Below are positions 39,643 to 49,900 of a stretch of 64,000 nt of DNA, piece after piece (within the stretch, counting starts at the first letter, position 1; every line of letters starts with the position of its first letter). Source of the DNA: a virus. Below the pieces are notes generated by a model. That model did not search any database. It had not been told where the DNA came from and saw only the letters and a program-made list of their open reading frames with translations. The stretch lies in the IMG/VR virus record IMGVR_UViG_3300023110_000006; one strand, 5' to 3'. Position numbers and translations under genes: made by a program.

Positions 39643-40777
39643 TTATTTTCTCTAATGTTGCTGTTGTAGAAAATCCTTTTACTGTAGGAACAATATGCAC
39701 TGGTGCTAAATCGTGCCCTACAATTTCTTCTACAGTGTAATCTCCGCCTTTAACTATAAGATCAGGCTTTAATTTTTTTATTAATTCATATGGAGTATCT
39801 TCAGTAAATGTATGCACTTCGTCGATCCATGGTAGTACTTCTAGTTGTGCTACTCTTGTTGCAACATCGTTAATAGGACGATCACTTCCTTTAAGTCGTT
39901 TCACACTACCGTCACTGTTTACTCCTACTATAAGTTTATCACCTAAACTTCTAGCTTCTTTTAGTAATGTTAAATGTCCTTTATGCAAAACATCAAAACA
40001 ACCATTTGTGAATACAACACGCTTTTGTAGATCTTTTTCAGTTAAAATATACGTGCCTAAATGTTTTACACTTTCAGAAGAACCTCGTATAGCAAGTTCT
40101 AAACATTTTTTATAATCGTACTCTTTAGTAAGAGCATACACAAATCCTGCTATAAAACAATCACCTGCGCCTGTTACATCAGATACTTCAACTGTTTCTA
40201 CAGACATATCATATTCTTTGTCTTCTATTTTTGCAATAACATTATTACCTGCATCTGTAGTAATGATATTGCCTTTCCACTCATCAAATTCAAAATTAGT
40301 AAATTCATTATAATTAGGTTTTACTAACCAAGCTCCTTCGTAATCATGAGCGTAACGTTTTGGATCTACAATTATTTTACAATTAAATTTGTTAATATGT
40401 TTTATAATTTTTTTGGAATTATCTAATACACCTTTATCATAGTCACTTAAAACTACAATATCGTAACTAGAAAAATCTGATTGTTTTATTTGCTCTAATA
40501 CAGCACCCGAATCTGCATCTTTGTCATCATCTATACGTGTGATGTAATGCCCGTCACAAATTACTCTAGTCTTAACACTGTTATGTCCTTGGTAATTAAA
40601 TAGATCTACATTAACACCTAAACTTTTCAAGTTCTCGTATACTAATCCTGCACCACCAATAGTTTCTACAATTCTTTCTTGTGATACAACAGGCACTGGT
40701 GCTTCTGGACTCAAACGTGTGCTTGTTCCATATATGTATTTGTCTATTATTATATCACCAATTACTAAAACTTTCAT
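39632..40777 (-). CDS. hldE: Bifunctional heptose-7-phosphate kinase / heptose-1-phosphate adenylyltransferase
   Basis: RLSPEAPVPV, LSDYDKG, VDPK, DVTGAGD (PfkB); VFTNGCFDVLHKGH, NSDGSVKRLKG..RP, KGGDY, GFSTT (nucleotidyltransferase). Confidence 0.93.
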   Translation of the reverse strand: MKVLVIGDIIIDKYIYGTSTRLSPEAPVPVVSQERIVETIGGAGLVYENLKSLGVNVDLFNYQGHNSVKTRVICDGHYITRIDDDKDADSGAVLEQIKQSDFSSYDIVVLSDYDKGVLDNSKKIIKHINKFNCKIIVDPKRYAHDYEGAWLVKPNYNEFTNFEFDEWKGNIITTDAGNNVIAKIEDKEYDMSVETVEVSDVTGAGDCFIAGFVYALTKEYDYKKCLELAIRGSSESVKHLGTYILTEKDLQKRVVFTNGCFDVLHKGHLTLLKEARSLGDKLIVGVNSDGSVKRLKGSDRPINDVATRVAQLEVLPWIDEVHTFTEDTPYELIKKLKPDLIVKGGDYTVEEIVGHDLAPVHIVPTVKGFSTTATLEKINEL

Positions 40778-40782
40778 AACTT

Positions 40783-40811
40783 ATTATACTACATTTAAGA
40801 AAGTAAATCAA
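40783..40811 (-). promoter_or_regulatory. Sigma70-type promoter for the heptose operon
   Basis: Minus strand TTGATT-17 nt-TATAAT, then 5 nt to the hldE ATG. Confidence 0.65.
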
Positions 40812-41229
40812 GCACTTTTGTTAAAGTTTCTAACTTATTTTGATTAACTTTACTATTCAATGTATTCCGTAATCCTTGGTGTAATGGTTTAGGCCAACTT
40901 CCGCTTTTTACCCAAGCATAGCCGTCGTGTTCATCATTTAATATTGGAATAAACTCATTATCTATAACACACAAATATGTGTGAAAGAAGAATTTTTGAT
41001 CAGTTGATATAAATGTTTCTAATGGAATTGTTTTTTTAATATCAGGGATCTGTCCAATTTCTTCTTTTATTTCACGTTTTAGTGCCTCCCAAGGAGTTTC
41101 GCTATTTTCGTTAGTACCGCCTACTAATCCCCAAACATTTTTTTGCTTAGTATTTGTCCTACGAAGTAATAGATATCTCTTTGTGGATAGAGAATAAAAC
41201 AGAGTTCCACTGCAAATAATCTTGTTCAT
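40795..41229 (-). CDS. NUDIX hydrolase
   Basis: GGTNENSETPWEALKREIKEEIG Nudix box; EHDGYAWV. Confidence 0.85.
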   Translation of the reverse strand: MNKIICSGTLFYSLSTKRYLLLRRTNTKQKNVWGLVGGTNENSETPWEALKREIKEEIGQIPDIKKTIPLETFISTDQKFFFHTYLCVIDNEFIPILNDEHDGYAWVKSGSWPKPLHQGLRNTLNSKVNQNKLETLTKVLDLLS

Positions 41230-41237
41230 GTAATTAA

Positions 41238-42668
41238 TTAGCCGTTAAGACTTATGCGCCAAGTGCCTCTTGGATACAGACCTTCTACACTTAGTAGCCA
41301 TTCTTCGCTATTCCAACGATATTGTACACCAGTATTAAGATTTGTAGTGTATGTAACATCTGTTGTTTCGCTTGCATCAAATACTATTTGCCATTCAGTA
41401 CCAGTCCACTCTATAATATCATTTTTATCAGCTAAGAAATCAGTGCCGTTACCATTTTTCCAAGCATCTGGACCATCTGTATTACTTGCATCTCCTATGC
41501 TATCTAACAATAATATCCTTGCACCAATACCTTTCATATTAGTAGGTGGTGTTTTTGTAGGATCTACAATGTAATCAATTGACGTCCATTGTGCATTTTG
41601 TCTTGCAGGACCTTCGATAATTGAATTACTAGGAAATGTATCTATATCCCAATTTATAACCATTTCTGTTTCATCGTTTGGATTAATACTTATTGTACCT
41701 GTAACTTCTTGTGATTCATCTAATTTTCTAATATAAACTCTACTAATATCATCTTGGTATTGTCCAGGATATGATTCTAGAATTTGACGCCAATTTGATT
41801 CGCCAACTCTTCCATTTTTAACAAGTTGAATTATATTACCAGTTACATACAATCCAAATCCTTGATAAGTGGATGCAATAACTTCTGCATCTGTACCTAA
41901 TGTACCTATTTCAGCAGGATTACCTGTTGCACCTGGCACTATAGAATCATCGTATCTGTTTAATTCTGGCATACTTAAACTTAAATCAATCGTTCCTGTT
42001 TTTTCATCAAATATACTTGTAATTATATTTGTGATAACACCTAAGCGTTTTACTTTTACTGGAGGTGAAATGTAAATTGGTGTACTGAAATCTAATTTTC
42101 CTACATCTATCTCACTGTCAACCCCTACAGGTATACTCCTTGTACTAAAAGTTATACCTTCCATGTTAACTACACTTAAACTTGTCCAGTCAATATAGTT
42201 ATCTGTGGTTTGTATTTCTAAACTAGGATTAAACAGCATAAGTATCTGTTCCATTATTTGTAATTTTTGATCCGTGTTTGTTGCCCATATGTCTACACTC
42301 ATACGTAATGTGTATGGACTTGGTTGAAGTCTTTCTACTGTATAATTTTTACCTTGATAATTAAGATATTCATTATTGTTCTCGTCATATGCACGTTCTC
42401 TTATATTAACTTTATTGATATAACTTGAATCAGCAGTTCTAGTTCTGTCCATTTCTAAACCTGTAATATAAACAGCTATTCTAGGAGCAGTGGGTATTTT
42501 GTTTTCACTATTATCTCTAATAATGTTTGCAACTTGTCTTGTAAGATCTCCGTACATAACCGGTACTTGTTTTAGTGTACCACTACCATCTTTAACAGAG
42601 AAATTACTAAACAATCTCACCATTTGTGTTACATAACGTCTTATTTGTGCATCGTAAAAATGTTGCAT
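41238..42668 (-). CDS. gp15: Tail sheath stabiliser/completion protein (T4 gp15-like) with C-terminal extension
   Basis: HFYDAQIRRY...FSN, VPVMYG, APRI, PSPY, QIMEQILMLFNP. Confidence 0.75.
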   Translation of the reverse strand: MQHFYDAQIRRYVTQMVRLFSNFSVKDGSGTLKQVPVMYGDLTRQVANIIRDNSENKIPTAPRIAVYITGLEMDRTRTADSSYINKVNIRERAYDENNNEYLNYQGKNYTVERLQPSPYTLRMSVDIWATNTDQKLQIMEQILMLFNPSLEIQTTDNYIDWTSLSVVNMEGITFSTRSIPVGVDSEIDVGKLDFSTPIYISPPVKVKRLGVITNIITSIFDEKTGTIDLSLSMPELNRYDDSIVPGATGNPAEIGTLGTDAEVIASTYQGFGLYVTGNIIQLVKNGRVGESNWRQILESYPGQYQDDISRVYIRKLDESQEVTGTISINPNDETEMVINWDIDTFPSNSIIEGPARQNAQWTSIDYIVDPTKTPPTNMKGIGARILLLDSIGDASNTDGPDAWKNGNGTDFLADKNDIIEWTGTEWQIVFDASETTDVTYTTNLNTGVQYRWNSEEWLLSVEGLYPRGTWRISLNG

Positions 42669-43825
42669 TAATTATCTGCCTTAGGTCTAAGTGCTTTTGA
42701 TAAGCTCTGTCTTTCTTGGACTTGTTCACCACCAATTGTACTTGTTTTTGTATTGTTAACAAAGGTACCTTTTTGTGTATCTTTTGTATCTGTGTTTGTT
42801 AAATCTGTCCTTACACCGTCTTGTAATTTCATCCATCTATTATTTGTATATTTAAACAATCTTTTTGGCATAAAATCTGTCCTTAAGAAGTAATCACCTT
42901 CTAATGGCTGATTAGGAAATTGAATTCCCATGCCGTAAGGTGCTCCGTTTGGCGCATCTTCAACGCCTAACAAGTATCCTTTATATCCATGTCTATCAGG
43001 TCTATCAGCTATTTCGTCTGTAGTTGTGTTTATTCCACTAGCGTCTATATCAGTTTCATCAGCAGTTTGTAAAGCAACAGAACCATCATCATTCGTACTA
43101 AGTGTGTAAAAGTTTGTAATGTCATATCCAGATTTACTTGCATCAGCTTCAGCTTGTTCTATTACTGCATTGTTAATTTGCATTTCTTTTTCATAAGTTG
43201 AAAGCAGATCTCTAAGTGTATTATCCGAACCTTCTTCTGCAGGTAAATCAAGTATTTCTTTGAATTCTTGTGAATCAACAATTTGTTTTAATTTCATTCT
43301 ATACAAATGTGGATACCAAGTTGGTGAAAATCCTTCAGCCGCTCTGTTAACATCTTCAACAACATAAAATCTTTTAAGAGCAAACGAATAGTCATTTAGT
43401 GCATATTCGTCTTTTAAATGAGGTAGTTCTATTACATCACCGCTCATAATTTTTCTACCAAGAGTCTTTACACTACTGTTAATATGAACAGTCATAAACA
43501 GTGTATCATTTTGCAAAAATAATCCAAATTGACTAAGGTCAAAATCTATGTCATTTACATTGTATATTGCTCTCATTGTATAGATGTCTGGATCGTATTT
43601 TCTATCTCTATTTTCTAAAAACAACATATCTTGTATATTAGTTTCTTTTACTGCATCATATCTAGGCTGATCAGCAGTAGCATTAGCTTCATCAGGATTT
43701 GAAGGTCCTAAATACTTATGGACATGTATATCTGTACCGCCTACGGTAAACATTTCAAGGATTTGCTTGTCTAAAAAGTTGTAATCCTTGCCTTTTTCTG
43801 GTTTATATAAAGATAGTCTTGGCAT
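42668..43825 (-). CDS. gp14: Neck protein (T4 gp14-like)
   Basis: LSQFGLFLQND...GDVIELP; coupled to gp15 by a TAATG overlap; start placed at MPRL (43825), behind the late motif. Confidence 0.6.
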   Translation of the reverse strand: MPRLSLYKPEKGKDYNFLDKQILEMFTVGGTDIHVHKYLGPSNPDEANATADQPRYDAVKETNIQDMLFLENRDRKYDPDIYTMRAIYNVNDIDFDLSQFGLFLQNDTLFMTVHINSSVKTLGRKIMSGDVIELPHLKDEYALNDYSFALKRFYVVEDVNRAAEGFSPTWYPHLYRMKLKQIVDSQEFKEILDLPAEEGSDNTLRDLLSTYEKEMQINNAVIEQAEADASKSGYDITNFYTLSTNDDGSVALQTADETDIDASGINTTTDEIADRPDRHGYKGYLLGVEDAPNGAPYGMGIQFPNQPLEGDYFLRTDFMPKRLFKYTNNRWMKLQDGVRTDLTNTDTKDTQKGTFVNNTKTSTIGGEQVQERQSLSKALRPKADN

Positions 43826-43830
43826 ATACA

Positions 43831-43851
43831 TATTTATCGTAACGATAAATA
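43831..43851. promoter_or_regulatory. Palindromic back-to-back late promoters (TATTTATCGT-A-ACGATAAATA)
   Basis: Perfect 10-bp inverted repeat giving GATAAATA on each strand, pointing at gp14 (-) and gp13 (+). Confidence 0.8.
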
Positions 43852-43869
43852 CTAGTGGAGAAAGTTCTT

Positions 43870-44628
43870 ATGGCTACACTAGCAACAAAAAAACAAGAAG
43901 TATATGATTATGTTTACACCCTTTTAGGCGGTGGTATGGTTGATGTGGAGTTAGATCCTGCACATTACGAAACAGCATTAGACAAAGCACTATCAAGATT
44001 TAGACAAAGATCTGACAACTCAGTTGAAGAGTCTTATCTTTTTATGCCAACTGTAGAAGACCAGAATACATATGTTCTTCCACAAAACGTAATTGAAGTT
44101 AGAAGATTATTTAGACGTTCAATTGGTTCACGCACAGGTGGAGGCGACGGTGGTACTTTATTCGAACCATTTAATATGGCATACACAAATACATATTTGC
44201 TTAGTTCATCTAACATGGGCGGACTTGCTACATACGATTTGTTTAGTCAATATCAAGAATTAGTAGGTAGAATGTTTGGTTCTTTTATAGAATTCAAATG
44301 GAATACAACAACTAAAGAACTGACACTTTTACAAAGACCTAGAACAGAAGAAACACTTTTACTTTTTGCATATAACTATCGTCCAGATGAACAATTATTG
44401 GAAGATTATCTTGCAAAACAATGGATAAAAGATTATACACTTGCTACGTGTAAATACATGCTTGGTGAAGCACGTAGTAAATTTGCTACTATTGCTGGAC
44501 CACAAGGTGGATCAGCACTTAATGGTGATGCACTAAAAGCTGAAGCACAAGCTGAAATGGAAAAATTAGAAGCAGAAGTAAGCACAGCAATACCTGGTGG
44601 CATGGGATATGGATTCACAATAGGTTAA
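43870..44628 (+). CDS. gp13: Neck protein (T4 gp13-like)
   Basis: LGGGMVDVELD, WIKDYTLA, LGEARSKF, GG..LNGDAL..EA; start moved to ATG 43870 (SD GGAG at 43857). Confidence 0.8.
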   Translation: MATLATKKQEVYDYVYTLLGGGMVDVELDPAHYETALDKALSRFRQRSDNSVEESYLFMPTVEDQNTYVLPQNVIEVRRLFRRSIGSRTGGGDGGTLFEPFNMAYTNTYLLSSSNMGGLATYDLFSQYQELVGRMFGSFIEFKWNTTTKELTLLQRPRTEETLLLFAYNYRPDEQLLEDYLAKQWIKDYTLATCKYMLGEARSKFATIAGPQGGSALNGDALKAEAQAEMEKLEAEVSTAIPGGMGYGFTIG

Positions 44629-44635
44629 AAAACAC

Positions 44636-44664
44636 TTGACAAACTAATTTTTTTATTGTATATT
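44636..44664 (+). promoter_or_regulatory. Sigma70-type promoter
   Basis: TTGACA-17 nt-TATATT, then 6 nt to ATG 44671. Confidence 0.7.
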
Positions 44665-44670
44665 TTATAC

Positions 44671-45315
44671 ATGCAGTATGAAATTACACCCTTATTTTCC
44701 ACACCTCTATTGAAAACACATCTAGGAGCACTTGATCCTATTACACTTGCTTGGATGAAAAAATTAGATTATCCTAGTTCAGCTGTAGCATCTTATTCCG
44801 GAGAAGAAGAATTACCTCTAACTGAGAGAGGATTTAATGTTTTAAATCAACCTAAACTACAAGGATTAAAAACACTTATTGAACAAGCAGTTCATTATTT
44901 TGCACACACAGTATTAGATGTTGTTGATGATGTAGACTTTACATTAACAACAAGTTGGATTAATAAAATGAATACAGGTAGTGATATTGTATTACACAAT
45001 CATGCAAATGCAGTTATAAGTGGAGTGTATTATCCAGATGTAGGTCCAACTTCTAATCCACTAACTTTTAAAAAAAATAGACAACATTTAAATAGTTTTC
45101 CAGAACATGTACGTCCGGATACTAAAGGTAATTATAATCAATATACTATAGGTGCATGGACAGTACAGCCTATTACAGGTGATTGTTTAATATTTCCTAG
45201 TCACTTAGAACATGAAGTTGCACAAAGTTTAGATAAACAAGATAGATACAGTTTGGCATTTAATTATTTTCCAAAAGGATCGTTAGGACAAAATTCAGTA
45301 AGAGTAAACATATGA
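44671..45315 (+). CDS. 2OG-Fe(II) oxygenase (TIGR02466-like)
   Basis: LFSTP, SWIN, HNHANAVISGVYY, IFPSHLEHEV, RYSLAFN. Confidence 0.8.
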   Translation: MQYEITPLFSTPLLKTHLGALDPITLAWMKKLDYPSSAVASYSGEEELPLTERGFNVLNQPKLQGLKTLIEQAVHYFAHTVLDVVDDVDFTLTTSWINKMNTGSDIVLHNHANAVISGVYYPDVGPTSNPLTFKKNRQHLNSFPEHVRPDTKGNYNQYTIGAWTVQPITGDCLIFPSHLEHEVAQSLDKQDRYSLAFNYFPKGSLGQNSVRVNI

Positions 45316-45920
45316 CAGTAACATCTTTATTTCCGATACCATTATACTACTCAAATATAGGTGTAGTTAATGATATGACTAAACAATGGGTCTACAAACT
45401 AGATTATCCACATGAAGCGGCAGGCCACGATCATACAGGTAATAAAAAAATATTAGATGAAGTGCCTCTAAAAAACTTAAAAGAAAAAATTATTGATAGC
45501 TGTAATAAATTCATTACAGAAGAATTAAAAGTATCCGACGTTACTTTTGAATTACAAAACAGTTGGATTAACAGACATGATAAAGGTGAATATAATACTA
45601 CTCATTGGCATAGTAATTCAATGTTAAGCGGTGTTTATTATATACAAAATGCGCCAGGCGCAGGCGATATAGTATTTCAAAAATCTCATTTATATTACAA
45701 TTTATTTCATGATACTGTAAGAGTAAATTTTAAAGAGCCTAATGCATTTAACACAAATGAATTTTATATAACACCAAACGAAGGAGACATTGTGATTTTT
45801 CCAAGTCATTTAGAACATATGGTAACGCCAAACGAAACTGATATCCCTAGATACAGTTTGGCGTTTAATTTATTTGCTAGAGGTACCGTAGGCGGCGGAA
45901 CATCGGAGTTAACTGTATGA
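45312..45920 (+). CDS. 2OG-Fe(II) oxygenase (TIGR02466-like), tandem paralogue
   Basis: LFPIP, SWIN, HWHSNSMLSGVYY, IFPSHLEHMV, RYSLAFN. Confidence 0.8.
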   Translation: MTVTSLFPIPLYYSNIGVVNDMTKQWVYKLDYPHEAAGHDHTGNKKILDEVPLKNLKEKIIDSCNKFITEELKVSDVTFELQNSWINRHDKGEYNTTHWHSNSMLSGVYYIQNAPGAGDIVFQKSHLYYNLFHDTVRVNFKEPNAFNTNEFYITPNEGDIVIFPSHLEHMVTPNETDIPRYSLAFNLFARGTVGGGTSELTV

Positions 45921-46534
45921 GGCAAGTAATAGGTATTTGTGGATTGATCAGTAGTGGTAAAGGTACTGTTGCTGATATTTTAGTAAATGAACACAATTTT
46001 ACAAAAATTAGTTTTGCTGACAAGCTCAAAGACGGTGTAGCAAGCGTATTTGGTTGGGACAGACAAATGCTAGAAGGCGACACAGAAGAAAGTAGACAAT
46101 GGAGAGAAACTGTTGATAGTTTTTGGACTAAAGAAACTGGTAGAACTGTTACGCCAAGATTAATACTACAAGAATTTGGCACAGAATGTATGCGTAAAGG
46201 TTTTTATGACGGTATATGGGTAAGTGTAATCAAACAAGAAATAGTTAGAAATCCAGATACAAATTTTGTTATTCCGGATGTGCGTTTTCCTAATGAAGCA
46301 AATATGCTTAAAACCATATATGGAGAAGTTTGGCGTGTACGTAGAGGTCCTGATCCTGTATGGTTTAGAATGTACCAAGATATAGGGGTGGAACCGAAAG
46401 AAATACACGAATCAGAATGGCGCTGGGCTAATGTTGCATTCAATGAAGTTATTGAAAACCAAGGAACTATTGAACAACTTAAAAGTCAGGTAAAAGGTCG
46501 CCTTGTTTCCAACGGATCCCTTGTTTCTGCATAA
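45917..46534 (+). CDS. Deoxynucleoside monophosphate kinase (T4 gp1-like)
   Basis: GLISSGKGT P-loop, SFADKLK, TPRLILQEFGTE, DVRFPNE, HESE. Confidence 0.88.
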   Translation: MRQVIGICGLISSGKGTVADILVNEHNFTKISFADKLKDGVASVFGWDRQMLEGDTEESRQWRETVDSFWTKETGRTVTPRLILQEFGTECMRKGFYDGIWVSVIKQEIVRNPDTNFVIPDVRFPNEANMLKTIYGEVWRVRRGPDPVWFRMYQDIGVEPKEIHESEWRWANVAFNEVIENQGTIEQLKSQVKGRLVSNGSLVSA

Positions 46535-46817
46535 GTCTTTGACAGTTAGCACATATTGTTTTTAGATTCATAGGCAAGCAATTATTTAGATCACCATCTA
46601 TGTGAAACACATTAAACTGCTCTTTGTGCTTACTTTTAAAATTGCATTTTTCACATACATCCTTTTTTACATAGCCGGCCATTTTCCATTTAGGAATACC
46701 GTACCCTACGTGTCCATGCTTCAAACAAATTTCACACTTTTTTCTATAAAAGGTTCTGCCATTCTTTTTATAATTAATTGCCGCAGGTCTTTGTTTGCAT
46801 ATACATAATGGTCTCAT
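46479..46817 (-). CDS. HNH-like endonuclease with Zn-ribbon Cys pairs
   Basis: CIC, CEIC, CEKC, FHIDGDLNN...NLKTICANC; late motif GGTAAATA 4 nt upstream. Confidence 0.7.
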   Translation of the reverse strand: MRPLCICKQRPAAINYKKNGRTFYRKKCEICLKHGHVGYGIPKWKMAGYVKKDVCEKCNFKSKHKEQFNVFHIDGDLNNCLPMNLKTICANCQRLMQKQGIRWKQGDLLPDF

Positions 46818-46821
46818 AACG

Positions 46822-46829
46822 TATTTACC
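46822..46829 (-). promoter_or_regulatory. Late promoter motif GGTAAATA (leaderless)
   Basis: 4 nt before the ATG at 46817. Confidence 0.5.
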
Positions 46830-46884
46830 ACACCTTTATAACCCCTTTTTCTGGGTGTATTTTAGGTAATCTTTATCGAATTCA

Positions 46885-46892
46885 TATAAATA
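46885..46892 (+). promoter_or_regulatory. Canonical T4 late promoter TATAAATA
   Basis: Upstream of SD AAGGAG and the tail sheath ATG. Confidence 0.8.
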
Positions 46893-46925
46893 CATTAGAA
46901 CACTTTATTTGAAGGAGAAACTATC

Positions 46926-49900
46926 ATGGCATTATCATCACCAGGTGTTGAGGTTAAGGTAATTGACGAAAGTTTTTACACGCCAGCCGAACCCGGCACC
47001 GTACCAATGATTTTTGTCGCAACAGCCCAAGATAAACAAAATGGGTCAGCTACAGGCACAGCGCCTGGAACTACAGCGGCAAATGCAGGTAAACCCTACC
47101 TGATTACATCACAAAGGGATTTAGTAGAAACATTCGGAGAGCCTTTATTCTATACAGATAGCAACAACAATCCAATACATGGAGGTGAGCTAAATGAGTA
47201 TGGTCTACAAGCGGCTTATTCATTATTAGGCGTAAGCAATAGAGCATACGTTGTAAGAGCAGGAATTGACTTAGGTGGCATTACAGCTACAGCAGATGCA
47301 CCGACAAGCGATCCAGCAGATGGAACATATTGGGTAGATACAGCATCTACAATTTATGGTTTATTTGAGTGGAACGGCGCGGCAGGTTCAACAGCAACTG
47401 GTCAAAGTTTTGTTTACAATGCACCTATTGTTATTACAGATGCAACAAAATTAGACGGCGGAGTACCAAAAACATCAGTAGGTGCTATTGGTGACTACGC
47501 AATCACAGCAACAACTACACTACAAAAAATGTATTACAAAAATTTAAGTGGTGCATGGGTAGAGGTTGGAAGTTCAGCATGGAAAGCAAGCTGGCCAACA
47601 GTGTCAGGTTCAACTGCACCATCAACAACTTCAGGCTTTGATATGACAATTAACGGCTCAACAGTTACAACAGCCGGTACAGATGCAACAGCGGCGGCGG
47701 CGGCAATTAATAGTGCGGCCATTGCAGGAGTTACAGCAGACGTAGATACAGCAAACGATATTTTGAGAATATACTCAACAGGCGCAAACCTAGTGCTTGC
47801 AGAAGGAACAGGTCTTATGGGAGACATGGGCTTAACAGCAGGAACTTACTACGCACCTGAGTTGAATATTGCCCCTCATACAAGTGTTCCTGAGTTTGGT
47901 GAAAACGATGCTACTCCACGTCCAACTGGATCTGTTTGGGTAAAAACAACAACACCTAACAAAGGTGCTAATTGGGCAATTAAAGTTTGGAATGATGCAA
48001 CTAAATTATGGGATACAAAAAGTGTTTCGATTTTTGCAGACAACCAAACTGCTATCTACAACTTAGATAAGTCCGGTGGTGGATTGAATCTTAACTCAGA
48101 CGCATTATTTGTAAAATTTAATGATGCAGAAGAATCAACACTAGTAGCAAACTTTAAAGTATACAAAAGAAATGCTACAGGAGCAACTACAATTACTGGT
48201 AGCGCAGTTACTACACAAGTTTCAGCTGGTGGAGTAACATTTAGCATCCAAGAATCAATTGTAGGTAGTGCAAGTTTAAACAGTGCAGTGGCTATTAGTG
48301 CTACAGCAACTGGTGCGGCAACTGATGCAGATGTAATTGCAGGTGCTATTAACAGTGCTGGCTTTACAAATGTTTCTGCAAGCGTTGACACTGCAAACAG
48401 AATTGTAATTTCACACAGCAAAGGTGGCGAATTTAGAATTGCTGACACAAGTGGACATTTAGCAGAGGCTGGATTTAGCACAAGTGATACAACAAATCTT
48501 TACGCGGCGCCAGCAGGTGATACAACTAACGATTTTGTAGCAACAAACTGGAAAGTACTTACTGCGACTAACAGTGCAAATGCACCAACTGCACTTGCAA
48601 CTGACGGCACATTATGGTATAATTCAGTAGTTGATGAAGTTGATATCATGGTACACAATGGAACAACTTGGGTAGGTTATTTAGATTCTACAAGTCCGTT
48701 CTATAGTGCAAGTGCTAACGATCAAACTGATCCAGCAGGACCGATTGTAAGTGCAACAGAACCAACTTTACAATCAGATGGTACAGCTCTTAAAAATGGA
48801 GATTTATGGATAAGCACAGCAAGCATTGACAAATATCCAGAAATTTACAAATGGAGCGGTGCTAAATCACAATGGATCCAGTTAGATACAGGTGATCAAA
48901 CTACTCAAGATGGTATCTTATTTGCAGATGCACGTTGGAGCACAGCAGGTGCAAACAGCGCAGAAGCAACTATTGCTGACTTGTTAGTTAATAACTACTT
49001 AGACTTTGATGCTCCAGATCCTGCATTATATCCAAAAGGTATGTTACTATGGAACTTACGTAGAAGCGGATTTAACGTAAAGAAATTTGTACGTAATTAC
49101 ATTGATGTAACAGCAGACAATGGACGTTTTGAAGTTAACAACGCAGACGAGCCTATGACAAATTACTATCCACACAGATGGGTAACTGAATCAGCAAATA
49201 ATTCAAACGGTTCAGGACGTTTTGGTCAATCTGCACAAAGAGCTGTAGTTGTTCAAAGTTTACAAGCAACTGTAAACAGTAATGATGAAATACGTGATGA
49301 CGAATCGCGCATATTTAACATTATGGCAACTCCAGGTTATCCAGAACTAATTGGTGAAATGATTTCACTAAATTACGATAGAGGTTTAACAGCATTTATC
49401 GTAGGTGATTCACCAAGTTCACTACTACCAAATGCAACGTCATTAAACGAATGGGGAACAAATGTTAACCTTGCAGTTGAAGATAATGCAGATGGATTAG
49501 TAAGTAGAGATGAATATCTAGGCGTTTACTATCCATGGGGTTTCACAAGTGATAACTTTGGTAACAACGTTGTTGTTCCACCGTCACACATGATGCTACG
49601 TACTATCGCACTTAGCGACCAAGTATCGTTTCCATGGTTTGCACCAGCAGGTACAAGACGTGGTGGTATTACAAACGCAACAGCAACAGGTTACATTGAT
49701 AACGAAGGCGAATTTGTATCAGTAGCGTTGAACGAAGGACAACGTGATACACTATTTGGAATTAGTGTTAACCCAATTACATTCATTACAGGAGCAGGAC
49801 TTGTTGCATTTGGTCAAAAGACTAGAGCAAGAAATGCAAGTGCATTGGATAGAATTAATGTTGCTAGATTGGTTATCTACTTACGTAGTCAGCTTAACAA

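Noticed and set aside
37273-40777. Heptose operon as bacterial host DNA (prophage flank or chimeric assembly)
   Set aside because: Same composition and same GCS-GCN Ala-Ala usage as the phage genes; overlaps phage genes at both ends
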